Made by a program: the position numbers and the translations under genes. Source: Paraspadella gotoi (Eukaryota; Animalia; Chaetognatha). Taken from it: a stretch of 64,000 nt of DNA. Where the stretch lies: positions 13,880,124-13,944,123 of the forward strand of contig CM119265.1 in the NCBI GenBank assembly GCA_051294375.1, read 5' to 3'. Under the pieces are notes generated by a model. That model saw only the letters and a list, made by a program, of their open reading frames with translations, did not search any database and had not been told where the DNA came from. This document shows, in pieces, positions 1-14,591 of the stretch; within the stretch, counting starts at the first letter, position 1; the number at the start of each line of letters is the position of its first letter.

Positions 1-349
1 TCTCTCTCTCTCCTCTCTCTCTCTCCCATCCTTCCCCCGCCATTTTCTTAATTGTTATTTCGTATCGTTACTTTAATTTCCCCTTCTTGGGAATCTTTTT
101 TTTTTTTTTTTTTTTTTTCAAGAAACCTTTTTAATTTTTAAATCCTTTTAAAAATCTTCCATTTAACTTTTAAAAAGGCGATTCTTTTCTCGTTAACGGT
201 TTTCCGCCCGAGGCAAATTGATATTCAAAGATGGCCAGTTCCTCTTCCACCGATTTTTGAGATTTCTAACAATGATTAATATAAAGTCAAAAAAAATTAA
301 TTTAATGTGAGATATTTGTCTCCCGCCCCGTTCTCCTCACCCTTTTTAG

Positions 350-1514
350 AAACGCGGCCGAGTATCTTCTCAGCTCTGGCATCAACGGAAGTTTCTTGGT
401 TCGAGAGAGCGAGAGTTCGCCCGGACAGCGGTCCGTCTCGCTGAGGTTCGACGGGCGCGTCTATCACTACCGCATCAACGAGGACGGCGAAGGAAAGGTA
501 AGTTTGAGAAGGAAAGTTTCGCCTCGTGGTTGGGAAAGTCTTACTTAAAGAGGCGAAAACAATTTTAACATAAAATATATGAACTTTACTAAAATAGCGT
601 CAAACTTCGAAACGGAGAAACGAAAAAGTAAAGCGAAGAATTTGGGTCAAAGGTCATAGGTTTCGAAGGTTAGGGGTCGTAAGGTGGCGCTAGGAGTCTT
701 CTCCGGGAAGCTATCGCGGGAAAAAAGAAAACAAAAGGGAAGATGAGAATCGAATCGAGAAAAACAAACAAAACAAAGAGAAAAAAAAAAGAGAGAATTA
801 ATGACGCGAACGCGGATTCAGACTTTTTTACTAGTTTATTTTTTTTTAAAGTTTTTTAAACATTTTTTCCCCTTACTTTTTTTAGCTTGCATAAATTTAA
901 GAAGTTAAAAAATTATTCTAAAAATAGCGAGAAAAGTGCAAATTAAAGAAAATAAGAAAGTCAAGCCCCATTTAACTAATCAGAGAAAGGCCATCTCCCC
1001 TTTCACGGAGTTTCTTCACCGGGCACCCGAAATTGTAGTCACCGAACTCTGCTTAGTCCTGACAGAGACACTTTTTCCTTCCTCCCGTCCCCCCATGTCA
1101 TCCGGGCCCGACTCACCCAACTCGAAAGCCCTACAAATATCGGCCATCACTTCCGAAAGCGCCACATTATTCAGTTTGTTTTTAGAATTAGGTTTATTTT
1201 AAGGTTTTAAAGGCTTAAGTTATTGGTTAGGGATTTGGTTAAAGATTGAGATTTGGGATTAAGGTTTAGGGTTAGGAGATAAGGTTAAGGATTAACCTCA
1301 GCAATTAGAAGTAGGAAGTAAGCTTAGGGCTTAGAAATTGTATTAAGCATTTGAATAAAAATTTGAGTTGGTAAACATTAAGTTTACGGATTAGGAACAG
1401 AAAAGGGGCGCTGTTAGAAAATAATGCCAAAATATCGACATCGAGTCGCATTTATTGCGAAAGGGATTTTCGATCCGCGACTTTCGCATTCGACGACGAG
1501 GCGCCATTTTCCTT

Positions 1515-1562
<48 letters not shown>

Positions 1563-1857
1563 GGTTGTAGTCGTTGTCGTCATCATCGCGGTTGTACTCG
1601 TTGTCGTTGTTTGTTGTCGTTGGCGCCGTCGAAAGAGGCCGGAGAAGGCGAAGGCGAAGCGGTTTGAGATTAAAAGCGGAATTTCGCTTCTCGATCGCAG
1701 CTGCTCACCATTTCCGGGTGAAACTCGTTTAGAGGCCGATGCGGAATTTCCAATACAAAATGAAACTGGGAAAAAAAAGTTGTTTCCTCAATCGAGCGGG
1801 CGTGCCCTTTTTAGATCTCTCTTTCTTCCTCTCTCTTCCTCTCTCTCTCTTCTCCTC

Positions 1858-1899
<42 letters not shown>

Positions 1900-4800
1900 A
1901 ATTGTCTTCTTTGATCGATGAACCTTCCTTTTCATGCAAGACCGCAGCCCTGTCTGCGGCGCCTGCGGCGCCTGCTGCCTCTACCCTTCTTTGGTCCAAC
2001 TTGCCGACCGAATAGACGCAAGTCGCTTTCGTTCTACAGACATAGATACTTTACTTCACAACTTCAACTCCATTCGGTTATCACCGTCATTGATCGCCCT
2101 CAAACAGAATGAATTCTTTATAACCCATTCATATGTTAATATGTTAATTCTTTTGTCGCATGGTGTGCCATAAAAATAATTCGCAGTGACAACCTTTTTT
2201 ATAATTTATTCCTTTTTTGATCAATTGAATTTTCCTGAAAAAGAAATGTATAAAAGGTTCCGCAATCAATTGTTCTTATATTCATACGACATTATTTCGT
2301 TAAAAAAAATGTTTCATTTGTATGAAAATATTATTTTAATAGTGATTAGAAGAAAGGAATTGACGGAGAGCTGAAGTAAGAAAAGAAAAGTAAGAAAACC
2401 ACATCCCTATTTCCAGTCACCACTCACCACTCACCAACCCATGAGCTTCTCATTTACATCTTTTAAAATTTTGGCGCCGCAATTAAGTCCTCGAGCAAAG
2501 TATGGAATTCACGCCTTCGCAAATTATTTATGTCTAGCCTCTTCAAAATTTTCAAACATTTAGAAATTAGATATGTCATTATCTTGTAAGAGTGATGGAG
2601 GCCTTAAACAACCAAAGCCTGTCCAAAGTCAGGGGCAAGATAGCTTATTTATTAAATGAATGGATAATTGTTATATTGGTTGTACCAATTTCATAATCAT
2701 TAAAATTTCTCATAGTTACCAATATTCTACTATTGTATCAAGTTATTCAAAATTATCAATAAAAAAAAAGCGATCGATNNNNNNNNNNACCCAAATTTTC
2801 ATAAATTTCTCAGTTCTACGTGACGTCGGACTCTCGCTTCAACACCCTGGCCGAGCTGGTCCACCACCACTCCCTCTCCGCGGACGGCCTCATCACGACC
2901 CTCCTCTACCCCGCGCCCAAGAGATCCAAGCCCACCATCTTCGGCCTCTCGCCCGAGCCCGACGAGTGGGAGATCGACAGAACAGAGTTCGCCATGAAAC
3001 ACAAACTGGGTGAGTTTTCCAATCACTCGTCGTATTCCTCTTCTTCTTCCTCCTCCTCCTCTTCCTCTTCCTCATTGCATAACTCGTCGACGCCGGATTC
3101 TCTTTGGTCGTTATTGTTTTCATTTTTTTGTTTATTTGTTTATTTTTGGGGGGGGTTTAGTTCATTTGACGTTTTTTTCCGAAAGTTTTTTTTTCCTTAA
3201 GGCTTTTAGTTTCCATCACCATTCCTCATAAATTATAATTTCGGTGAATATTTGAGAAAACGAGAAAAGCAAACTTTTAACAAAAACGATATCGCATCGC
3301 ATCGAAATCCTTCACTCGTGCGCCCTTATTCGGCCGCGACAAAAGTCCACGGGCGCCTACAACCCAGATAACTTGGAGAACGACGACGATGACGAGCTCA
3401 AAATAGGACGACGACGACAACGACGCTAAATCGCTGAGGTCTTCGGGTGCCACGGGTTTCAGGATGAGTTATGAGGCTCAAACCCCTCGGTTCCATTCTC
3501 TGCTCCCAAAAAAAAAAGACTTGGCGATGGAACCGAGACGACGGATCAATGCTTTTCCTTTGTTCTATCGATGACGCCGCTTGGCCTCTGGCGGCGACTC
3601 TGGCGGCGTCGCCGGCGCTGCCACTCGCGTCCCCTACATTCGTGACCCGAAATTCTTGACGCATCACTTGCGGTGAGAGTTTCTAGGCCAATGTCACTCA
3701 CCGTCACGTCATATATACCGGAGGCGTCTTCACTTTGTTCTCTTTTCCCCCGGTCGACTCGCGGCGACTTTACGAACCGAGTTGATTCAATCTTCTCAGG
3801 GGCGTCACCTTCCGAAATATATTATTACTATGTTAATAATTATCGTTCGTTTTATCATCACGCGATAAGATTAAACCGAATAATCCTTCTCGTTCAAAAA
3901 GGTGAGATAAGGAGAGACGGTGAAAGAAAGAGAGTCGGGATTTGTTGGCTCTTTTGTTTGTTTGTTTACTTTTCCCGGTCGAGGTGCAAATTCGTTTTTG
4001 ACGCGCCAGGATTCTCGGCGCCAAAAGAGAGACGCCAGTGTCGCCGGTTAGGGCGACTGATGGCGCCGTTTGGCGTCGTCGTTGTCGTCTTCGTCCTTCT
4101 CTCCAATCTTTTTCCGTCTCAGTTTCGTAATCGAAATCACTGTCAGCGATGACAACAACNNNNNNNNNNNNNNNNNNNNNNNNNAGAGAGAGATCTGTTT
4201 GCGGACGAAAAACCTCTCTTCCTCTCTTGCTTTCTTTTCTTTCTTTCTTTCTTTCTTATCTTTCTTCTTTCTTTCTTTCTTTCTTTCTCTCATCTTGTTT
4301 ACAGTAGTAAACGGTTTTTGGTTCTTTGGTGTCGACGTCTTGGGCGATTCTCTTCAATTAAGTTCGTTTGTCTTTGATGTTGCCATTTGTTTGGGTGTAA
4401 AGATCGAATGTGTAACACGGAGAGATACTACAGAGTGGGGAAATTTTATGCAGATTCATTCAGAAAATGGCTCACTCTAATTACAATGTACAATACATGT
4501 ATATACAATGTAATAAATGTAATGTGTAATTCTTCCCGTTTTCCTTTATTTCTTACCATTGTAGTTTTAAACTTAAAACTTCCTTCGTTTACAGTGATCG
4601 ACAATCCATTGTCGTCGTCGTCGTCGTCGCCTTCATCGTCACAGCATCTTCATCGATCGATCGCTCAATCATTCGCTCTATCATTCCCCGAGGCCGTCGC
4701 TTCAATTTTGGCCATTCGTCGTCGTCGTCTTCGTCGTCGTCAAAATCGCGGAGCGCCTCGAGCGACTTCCGCTCATTTTCCAAATTGCGTCTAATTTGTC

Positions 4801-5271
4801 TTTGAGGGTGACTCAACCGCGACCTCGGGAGACGGCGGAGACGCCCCACATCTATGCCCCCCGACCCGTTTCCTCCCCCCCTTCCTCTCACTACTTCACT
4901 TTCCCTTCTAGTTCTTCTTTTCTTCGTATTTACGACTGTTCCGTCATAATTTATATAATATTATATTAACCAAGTTTAGTTCATACTTTCGCCATTTCAT
5001 TGCCCTCAACTTTTTCCATTTCTCCTTTTTCTCCCTTTCATCCGATTCTACTTCCTTCACGGCCGACCAAATGCCCAAAGGCGACCACAATTTCTTCTCA
5101 AAAACCCCGACCATTTTCCTTCAACGATGACCTTTGACCGAAACGCCTCCCCCCTTTTCCCGCGCCTCACCCTTCTCTCTCTTCGACTCGTTTCCTCTTT
5201 TCTCGTTACAGGAAAGAAAACTTTCTTAGCTTTCAACGTAATCAGTCATTGAAAGTCTATCCTTCTGTAGC

Positions 5272-5357
<86 letters not shown>

Positions 5358-7626
5358 TCTTTCATTTCGAGGAATTTTCATGGCGAATCGAGAGATTCGA
5401 TCAATTTCCCGTCGTTCGTTTTTTTCTTCTTTTGTTTCATCCTTTTTCCGATTATTGCTTCTTTTTTTTTGTTCTGAAATCGTTACTTCTCTTTTTTTTT
5501 CACTCCAATTCTTTGTTCCAGTTATCTCGCCATCTTTATTTCTATTTCCTTTTTTTTGTTTCTTTCTTCTTTTCTTCTTTCCTTAAAATATTTCCTCTCT
5601 TCCCATCCCCGCGACATTTCCCCGTTATTCCTTCTCTCGTTCACCTGATTTATCTCTCACATTTAACTCTCACGGTTCACACCTTCGCAGTTTTTCGCAA
5701 CCACGCCTTCACCGCCTCCGCCGCCTGCGCGGCCGCCTTCGCAGCTGCTCCCGCCGCCGCCGATTGTCTCTGCCTCTATCACCCACGCCACCCACTGACG
5801 AGAAAGCCAAGACGAAAGTGACGCCGGGTCACAATCGTTTCCTTTCACGCCTACGATATCTCTCTCTCTCTCTGCTCTCTCTTCTCTCTCTCTTCTGTCT
5901 TTTTGAGTTATGTGAAGGAAGTTTCGTCGTTCGCCCCTGGCATTGTTTGTTGTTGTGGTTTGTTGAGAGAGAGAGAGAGAGAGAGATATCGTAGGCGTGA
6001 AAGGAAACGATTGTGACCCGGCGTCATTCGTCTTGGCTTCTCTCGTCAGTGGGTGGCGTGGGTGGATAGAGGCAGAGACAATCGGCGGCGGCGGGAGCAG
6101 CTGCGAAGGCGGCGGCGCAGGCGGCGGGGGCGGCGAAGGCGGTGAAGGCGATGGTTGCGAAAAACTGCGAAGGTGTGAACCGTGAGAGTAAATGTGGAAG
6201 ATAAATCAGGTGAACGAGAGAAGGAATAACGGGGAAATGTCGCGGGGGATGGGAAGAGAGGAAATATTTAAAGGAAAGAAGAAAAGGAAGAAAGCAAACA
6301 AAAAAAAAGGAAATAGAAATAAAGATGGCGAGATAACTGCGAACAAAGAAATTGGAGTGAAAAAAAAAGAGAAGTAACGATTTCAGAACAAAAAAAAAAA
6401 GCAATAATCGGAAAAAGGATGAACAAAAAAAAGAGAAAAAAACGAACGACGGGAAATTCGTCATTCTTCGATTCGCCATGAAAATCCTCTGGCAAATGAG
6501 AAAGAAGAGAGAGAGGAGAGAGAAGAGAGAGAAGAGAGAGAAGAGAGAGAGAGAGGAGAGAGAGACGAGAGAAAGAGAGAGAGAGAGAGATTAGCTACAG
6601 AAGGATAGACTTTCAATGACTGATTACGTTGAAAGCTAAGAAAGTTTTCTTTCCTGTAACGAGAAAAGAGGAAACGAGTCGAGAGAGAAGAAGGGTGAGG
6701 CGCGGGAAAAGGGGGGGGAGGCGTTACGGTCAAAGGTCATCGTTGAAGGAAAATGGTCGGGGTTTTTGAGAAGAAATTGTGGTCGCCTTTGGTGCATTTG
6801 GTCGGCGTGAAGGAAGTAGATCGGATGAAAGGGAGAAAAAGGAGAAATGGAAAAAGTTGAGGGCAATGAAATGGCGAAAGTATGAACTAAACTTGGTTAA
6901 TATAATATAATATAATATAATATAATATTATAAATTATGACAGGAACAGTCGTAAATACGAAGATAAAGAAGAACTAAGAAGGGAAAGTGAAGTAGTGAG
7001 AGGAAGGGGGGGAGGAAACGGGTCGGGGGAGCATAGATGGGCTGATGGGCGTCTCCGCCGTCTCCCGAGGTCGCGGTTGAGTCACCCTCAAAGACAAATT
7101 AGACGCAATTTGGAAAATGAGCGGAAGTCGCTCGAGGCGCTCCCGCGATTTTGACGACGACGAAGACGACGACGACGACGACGAATGGCCAAATTGAAGC
7201 GACGGCCTCGGGGAAGTGATAGAGCGAATGATTGAGCGATCGATCGATGAAGATGCTGTGACGATGAAGGCGACGACGACGACGACGACGACGACGACAA
7301 TGGATGTCGAATCACTGCTCGAAAATCTGGTAACGAAGGAAGTTTTAAGTTTAAAACTACCGATGGTAAGAAATAAAGGAACGGGAAATTACCATTACAT
7401 TGTATTATACATTGTATTGTACATTTGTAATAGACGTGGCCCATTTTCTGAAATGAATCTGCATAAATTTCCCCCCACTCTGTAGTATCTCTCCGTGTTA
7501 CTACATTCGATCTTTACACCCAAACAAATGGCAACATCAAAGACAAACGAACTTAATTGAAAGAGAATCGCCCAAGACGTCGACACCAAAGAACCAAAAA
7601 CCGTTTACTACTGTAAACAAGACTGA

Positions 7627-7662
<36 letters not shown>

Positions 7663-8924
7663 CAAAGAGAGGAAGAGAGGTTTTTCGTCCGCAAACAGCC
7701 TTTGCGAAAACAAAGAAACGAAAAGGGAGAAATAGGAAAGAGGGAGATTTAGAAAAAAGAAAGAGGAGAGGGAGATTTAGAAAAGGAAAGAGAGAGAGAT
7801 TTAGAAAAAGGAAGAGAGAGAGGAGATTTAGAAAAAGAAGAGGAGAGGGAGATTTAGAAAAAGAAATAGGAGAGGGTGATTAGAAAAAGGAAAGAGGAGA
7901 GGGAGATTTAGAAAAAGGAAAGATGAGAGGAAGATTTATCTTTGATTACATTAAACGTTTCGAACAGTTTGAGGCGTTTGAATTAGATTTTGAGGAAGAG
8001 GGGGGAATGGGTTGTTGCGCGGATACAATTATAGGAAGTTATATGAATGCGGATATTTAAAGAAAAATAAGACTTCGTTAGAAGGGGTACATAAGCTATA
8101 GAATAAAGAGAGCACGACAGTTTCGTTGAAACTCTGCATTCAAAAAAAAACGTTGCATCCTTGTCCATGGTTTAGTTAATTAACATTAACATATATTAAT
8201 TAAAATTAAACAACAATGTACCAGTTTCGATAGTTTATTTAATTTTAAAACTATTATGGAAAAACGAAAGAAAGAAAAGAAAGCAAAGTATCTATAAACG
8301 GCGCGTTAAAACTGCGGCAACCGCGCGAGGCGACATCTTTCGTCGTTTAAAATTTGAAATTTAAGCGCTTTACTCCTCAAAAAGGAAAAAATTCAAAATG
8401 AAAAAGGGGGTGAAAGGAAAAGAGAGCATATAATTCCGGAGGGGGTAGGAAGAAGACGAGGAGGAGGAAGAAGACGACGAAGAAGACGAGTACGAGGAAA
8501 GGGAAGCGCCGACGTTGACGGGATGAAGATTGATCACGTGGGGAAGAGGTTGACGGAATGGAAGGGCGGGGGTAGTTGGGGGGGGTGTCAGGTGGGCTTT
8601 GGTCTTTTCTGTCGTTGAGTGAGGAATTCGGGGCGAAGGAGCAAATGACGGAGAGAATGGATCGGGAAAGAAAGATTTGGAATAATTGAATCGAGTAGGT
8701 GAAGGAGGAAATAAACAGGGGAGAGGAAAGGAGGGGAGAGAGAAAGGAGAGAGAGAGAGAGAGAGAGGGAGAGAGACGGAGGATGCGAGAGGAGAAGAGA
8801 GAGAGAGAAAGGGTTAAGAAGTGAATGGAAAGAAAATCATGCCTTTGCAGAGAAAAGAGGCAATAAAAGGGAAAAAGAGTTTGGGGAAGAAGAAAAGGAA
8901 AGAAGAGCAAAAGGGAGAAAGGGA

Positions 8925-9004
<80 letters not shown>

Positions 9005-12000
9005 TAAAAAGAATAAAACAAAAAAGAGGAAATTTTTGACTAATAATGCTTGAAATTGCTTTCTTCTATTAATTCAAACAAAACGAAATGAAAGGAAATT
9101 CACGATGACCAATAATGCATAATTGATATTAAATTAGTGCAAAACAGCCTACATCTTATAATATCATAGTACTAGACACGCACCATTTAACCATTAACGC
9201 AAATCTTCAGCATGCGACATGATACCAGAAACATTCGGCAGACATTTCTTTTCCCAACTGCCGCCTCCATTTAAGTCATCATCATCATCTCCACAATCCT
9301 CACTCTATTTTTATCACTGACGGTTCACTGTGCAGTCACCTTCACCACTCCCCCACCCTCTTGCTTTTAACCTCCCCCCCAAACTCCGTTGCGAAAAAAA
9401 CGCTTTGGCGGGAAAATCGTCGAATCGCAGAAAAAGTCGATTTTCACTTTAAGTCGTCGTCGTCGTCGACTTCGTTTTTTTTAGCTTTCCGCTAGATTCA
9501 AGCGACGTATATATCGGCCAAGCCATTGTTATTGTCGTCGTTGCCAGACCACTTTTAGTTTGATTCTCCGCCATTTTGAAAAGTTAAGTACTTTTGATTA
9601 AGATTCTCCACTCCGCTTCCCGACTTCGTGGTTTTATTGAGGAAGACTGTTCAATAACTGCAGAACAAAGAACCGCTACTGTTTTTATCGTTTATCCACT
9701 GCTTATAAATACAGTCGTCGTCGTCGTCGTCGTCGTCGTCTTTGCCTTATCCAAGGTCGTCTTCGTCTACCCCCCCCCCTCTTTGCCATCGCCGTCCCAA
9801 GGATCCCGGGTTTTCGCAACCCTAAATTTTGAGTCCATCGATTAGATTCCCATAAAACCCGTTTAACGACGAGTTAAAAATTCCAACTGGAAACATTTAC
9901 TTTCTTTTTTTTTTTCTTTTTATTCTCCCCTCCATTTTCATTTCTTTCATTTTCTTTCTTTTTCGCTCTCTCTCTTTCTCTCTCTCAAGCTCCCGCCTTG
10001 AATCGATAAGAAAGCCTCTTACGCTTGGACGATCGATTTTCCAGTTTCGCCCCAGGGACAACTCTTCCACTTCTTAACCCATCAATCCATCAACTTATCA
10101 ACTTATTTGAGAGTCAGCCTCTTAACTTTTCGTGTCCATTACTTTCTTTTATCTTTCAAGTTCTCAAACTAACACGTCAATTCTCCGATGGGATTTGTAA
10201 TCATTATGTATAATATTTAATCATTATAAGATTTTAATTTTAACTTGAATGGTTTTTGAATTTTGAAGTATAATATTTCTCTTGAAGAAATAATTGCTTT
10301 ATTTACAAGTGAGCAAAAATTAAGTTTTCTCACTGTTTTTTCATTGTAAAATTTCCCCTCATCAAACGTGCACTTTTGTCAGCGAAATAATCTTCGATCT
10401 AAATCCGGATCCCTCTCCGTTTTATTCCTTCATTTTTTTCCGATTTCTTCTTTATAAATTATTATTTTTATCTACTATATATCGTTAGTTATCCTCCTTT
10501 GCGGCTCCCGACGATGTATCTCGTGTAATATTTCATCCCTGCTCTTTTGTTTTCCGACCCAATTCCCTCGGCTCCCTCTGCATTTTATCTTTTTTTCCTT
10601 TTTACATTTTTTTCCTTTCCTTTTTTTTCTCTTCGCGTCCGAGCCCCTCGTAAACGAAGACAAATTTCGCTGATGGTAGAGGAAAAGTTTCGAGAGACTT
10701 CACTCTCGAGTCTCTACCAAAGTTGTGAGAGTGAAGTGAATTTGTGAGAGGTGGAAATGGTGATTTGGTAAGTGTGGTGTGCAACTGAAGAGTTAGTGAG
10801 AGATAAAGCTTATTTAAATATAAGATTATAAAGAGAACGAATGGTGATCGGCAGCACGTGAAGGAAATAAAGGAGAAAACTGAAAAAAAGGGAAAAAAAA
10901 AAACTGGAATCGAGTTCATTTCTTAGAAATTGAAAAGATTCGAGGGAAAGAAAACTTGGCAGAGAAAGCGGAGAGCTTTTAAGGAGAGACCAAGGGCGAT
11001 TGTAGGGAAAGGGAGAGAAAAGAAGAGTTAGAATTAAAGGAGATTAAAAAATATATATGAAACAAAGAAAATTAGCGAAGGAGCCGTGGCGAACTCATTG
11101 GGATAGAATTACTTCTTTATTCTTGGGGAGAGGAAGTTAGAACGGAGCGAGGATGAGAGGTGAGAAAAGATGAAGTGAAAAAAAAAAATAGGAAGGATAA
11201 ACGGGAAAGGAGTTAAGATATAAGTAGTGAGAAGTAAAAAGTAACTAAAAAGAAACAAGGAGGGAAGTATGATGAGAAAGTATTGGAGGTAAGATGGAGA
11301 AGAACAAAAACAGGGAGAAAGGTTAGATGAAAAGTGTGGGTAGAAGTAAAAAAGAAAGGCTATGAGGACAGGGAAGGGAGTTAAGGAAAAAAGATTGGAA
11401 GAGAAGAAAAAATTAAAAGAGAAATTGCTGGAATGAGCGCCAAAAAAAATGGGATTAAAAAAGCTTTATAAGCAAAGAGAAGTAAAAAATAACAATTCGG
11501 GGAGAGATAGGAAGATCTAAAAAGAAAAGAAAATAAAAGAGGGAAGGGTTTTTTGATGTTGAAGGCGTCGGCGATGGAGTCACCGAGGCAGACGCTTTCT
11601 CCGTCGACGACCGCGACGGGGTGAGCTCCAATTTTATGGAGTGGATGAAGATGATGATGTAAAAAAAAAAAATAAGAGGATGAGAAAGGAGTAGAAAGGA
11701 TCGCGGGGTCAAGGCGAGGCGCGGATTTTCTTCGGGACCAAAAAGTCTCTTCGCTTCTGCCAAAAATGTTTTTTTTTCCCCTTTTTTTTCATGTTTTTCT
11801 TCTTTTTTTTTTTCATCTTTTACTCGGAGTTGTTTTTTTTTTTTTTTTTTTTTTTTCCTACGTTCATATTCCTTATTATTTTTTATTATTATTTTAATAT
11901 TTTTAGTTCTTTTTATTTTTTTCATCATTTTCTTTTTTCTGCTCCCTTTTTTCTTTTCTCTCCCTTTCTCACTCGTGATCCTCGTGATCCTCCTCCTTCC

Positions 12001-12564
12001 TAAACTTCAACCCGTGAACCCGTGATTAGTTTTTCCAAGATGAACTTATCTTCTTCCTCTCCCCCTCACCCCCGGGTGGGGCGGGGTGTCCGAGGTGAGA
12101 CAGAGTGGGTGGGGAAGAAAGAGTCTCGAGACGTTGAAAATTTAGGGGGAGTGGTTTCGAGTCTCAGGCGTGAACTTGTGGGCGTGAAAAGCGAAGGAGA
12201 CCAGCGAGATTCACCGGCAGAGAGGCAAGGTTTCCACGGCAACAGTTTTCTCTTTCCTTTTTTCGTTTTTGTATAATTTATTTTTCTATTTTGCATTTGT
12301 GCTTTGCTGCAAAAGCATTTTTTTTTACGTTTCTTTCATTGTGTGAGAGAGAGACTTGTACGATTAAATTTCGGGAGCAAAAGTGACAAAAAGGAGAGAA
12401 AAATCTCTCGCTTCCAATTGAAAAGAGAATAAAAAGAAAAGTACAGTTGTCACAAGGCCGATCTTAAATATCGTAATTTACGCTTTTTTAAAAGGATAAC
12501 TGGGGTTTTGCTTTTATGTGCCGGGGATTAATCATTAAGGAGACATGTTTTCAGGCGAAGGCGG

Positions 12565-12641
<77 letters not shown>

Positions 12642-14560
12642 AGAGAAGAGAGAAAGAGAGAGAGAGAAAGAAAAATCTGTGAAATAAGACGTACGAAGAC
12701 TTCATCAGCCTTCATCGAGTCAGAAAACTCCCGTCCCTCGATTTAGTCTCAGCCGAATTCTGCGATTCGATGCCAAAACGAGAAACTCTCTTTTTCCCAG
12801 TGAAATAAGCGAAGGTATTTCGATAGAGTTAAAGCCTGAAGAGGAGGTGAGAGAGAGGCGGCCGCTCGGAGGCGGCTGCGGCGGTAGGGGCAGCGTCGAC
12901 GATGGTGGCGAAGTAAACGTCTTTTAAAACGTTAATCCTTTGAGAATCCATCGATCGGAAACTTACGATGCGTTTCTCTTCGTGAAAATAAGGGAAAAAA
13001 AGTTTAGAAAAAAAACTTTTCGGGGAAATGTTGTCAGGCTGTTGCTCTCTAATCCTCGGGGATTTTACCCGACCTCTTGCGCTTTTTAATAGCTTTTTTT
13101 TTTTTTTAAATATTCTATTTGAATAGCTAATCATGAAGTTATATCAACGGGAGGAATGCCTGTGATAACCGGGGCGCGAAGTATCTCACCAACTGGCGTA
13201 GGGGCTGCGTGGTTGGTGATTGGGGATTTTTATTCCAAAAAAACTATTTTGAGTAAAAACAGCAGTTTTGTTTACATCCGTTCTCGCCTTTTCTCCAGAT
13301 ATCCTTTTCTTTTTAAACTCCGATTGTCTTTCTAAGGATCAAACCGTCTTAACTTTCAACTTTCAGAGTTAGACTCCTTGCTTTTAAACACAGTTTCCAC
13401 CTTCTCTCTCTTTCACTACGAGTGCGACTAACTTTGTCAAAGCCTCCGTCGCACGTGAACGCGCATGCGCAGTTGCGAACGCACTCGCTGTTGTTTGGTT
13501 CTCGCGTTCGTAATCCGAGCTCTAATTAGCAAAAGGTTATCTGAGCCGGAATGAGAAAAAGAGAGAGACGGAGAAAAAGAAGATCCTTGCTACTCCCTTT
13601 CTCTCTCTCTCTTCTCTTCTCTTCTCTCTCTCTCTTCTCTCCTTCTCTCCCCTGCCCTCTTTTAAAACAAAAATCCAAATCGTTCATTTCGAACGACGAC
13701 GCTCGCGATGCAATGACGACCACGACGATGACGACCCCGAAGATGACGATCACGACGAATACAATCAAGACTCCCCGTCGAAGAAGAAGGACCCCGGATG
13801 TTGAGTTGCTGGGAAGATTTATGGTCGGCGCCACGACGACGTTAACGACGACGACGAGCAAGAAAGACGCCGACGAGATCGTTGTGTACCTTGAGCTCAA
13901 AAGAGGATTATTTACATAAACGAGCAGTTGAATACAGTGATTTCGTCCAAGAGACGATTAAGAGTGCAAGGGCAGGAACGACGACGACGACGACGACGAC
14001 GACGGAAATGATTCATGATTCGCAATATTAGTATCTTGGCGTCGACATGGACGATGATAACGATGCGAAAGATGACGAGACATTGACGTGGTGAAACGAC
14101 GCCAAGACGCCGTAGGTGGCGGAAGGCGTGGCCGACTCCTCGTCTCCGGCGTTACCCGCCATTCCTACGCCCTTTTTTTTTCTGGCGACGCCCACTTTAT
14201 TCCCGCCTTTTTCTGTCCTTCGTTTTTCATCCTTTTTTTCCTTATTTTCTTTCCGAGCTGCTTTTTCTATCCATCATCCTTTGTCTTTCATTCAATTTTC
14301 TCTTCTTTCCTCTTTCTTTTTTCTACCGATTCTCTCGCTCTCTCAACTTTCTTTTCTCTTTATCTTCTTCTCTCCCCGAGCCCTTCCCTTTTTTTCCTCC
14401 AGTAAAAACCATTTGGAAATCCTGTTATTAAGGAGAAGACGGGCGAGCGAAGATAAATTTCTAAAAATGGAAACTTGCCAACCCGAAGGAGAAAAAATAA
14501 GAAAAAAAAGAAACATTAGATGAAGAACAAAAAGGAAAAAAAGAAAGAAAGAAAGAAAAA

Positions 14561-14591
<31 letters not shown>

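Noticed and set aside
2590-2630. SECIS-like GTGA-stem-AAA-stem in repeat family A
   Set aside because: It lacks the 3' GA of the quartet, lies in introns in both orientations relative to host genes, and one copy has GTAA.
4195-7698. Foldback transposon or hairpin-RNA gene
   Set aside because: Adapter-like spacer, adjacent 25-N gap and indel-dominated differences point to a sequencing artefact.
7738-7940. CRISPR-like ~30-bp periodic repeats
   Set aside because: Tandem minisatellite with no unique spacers, in a eukaryotic intron.
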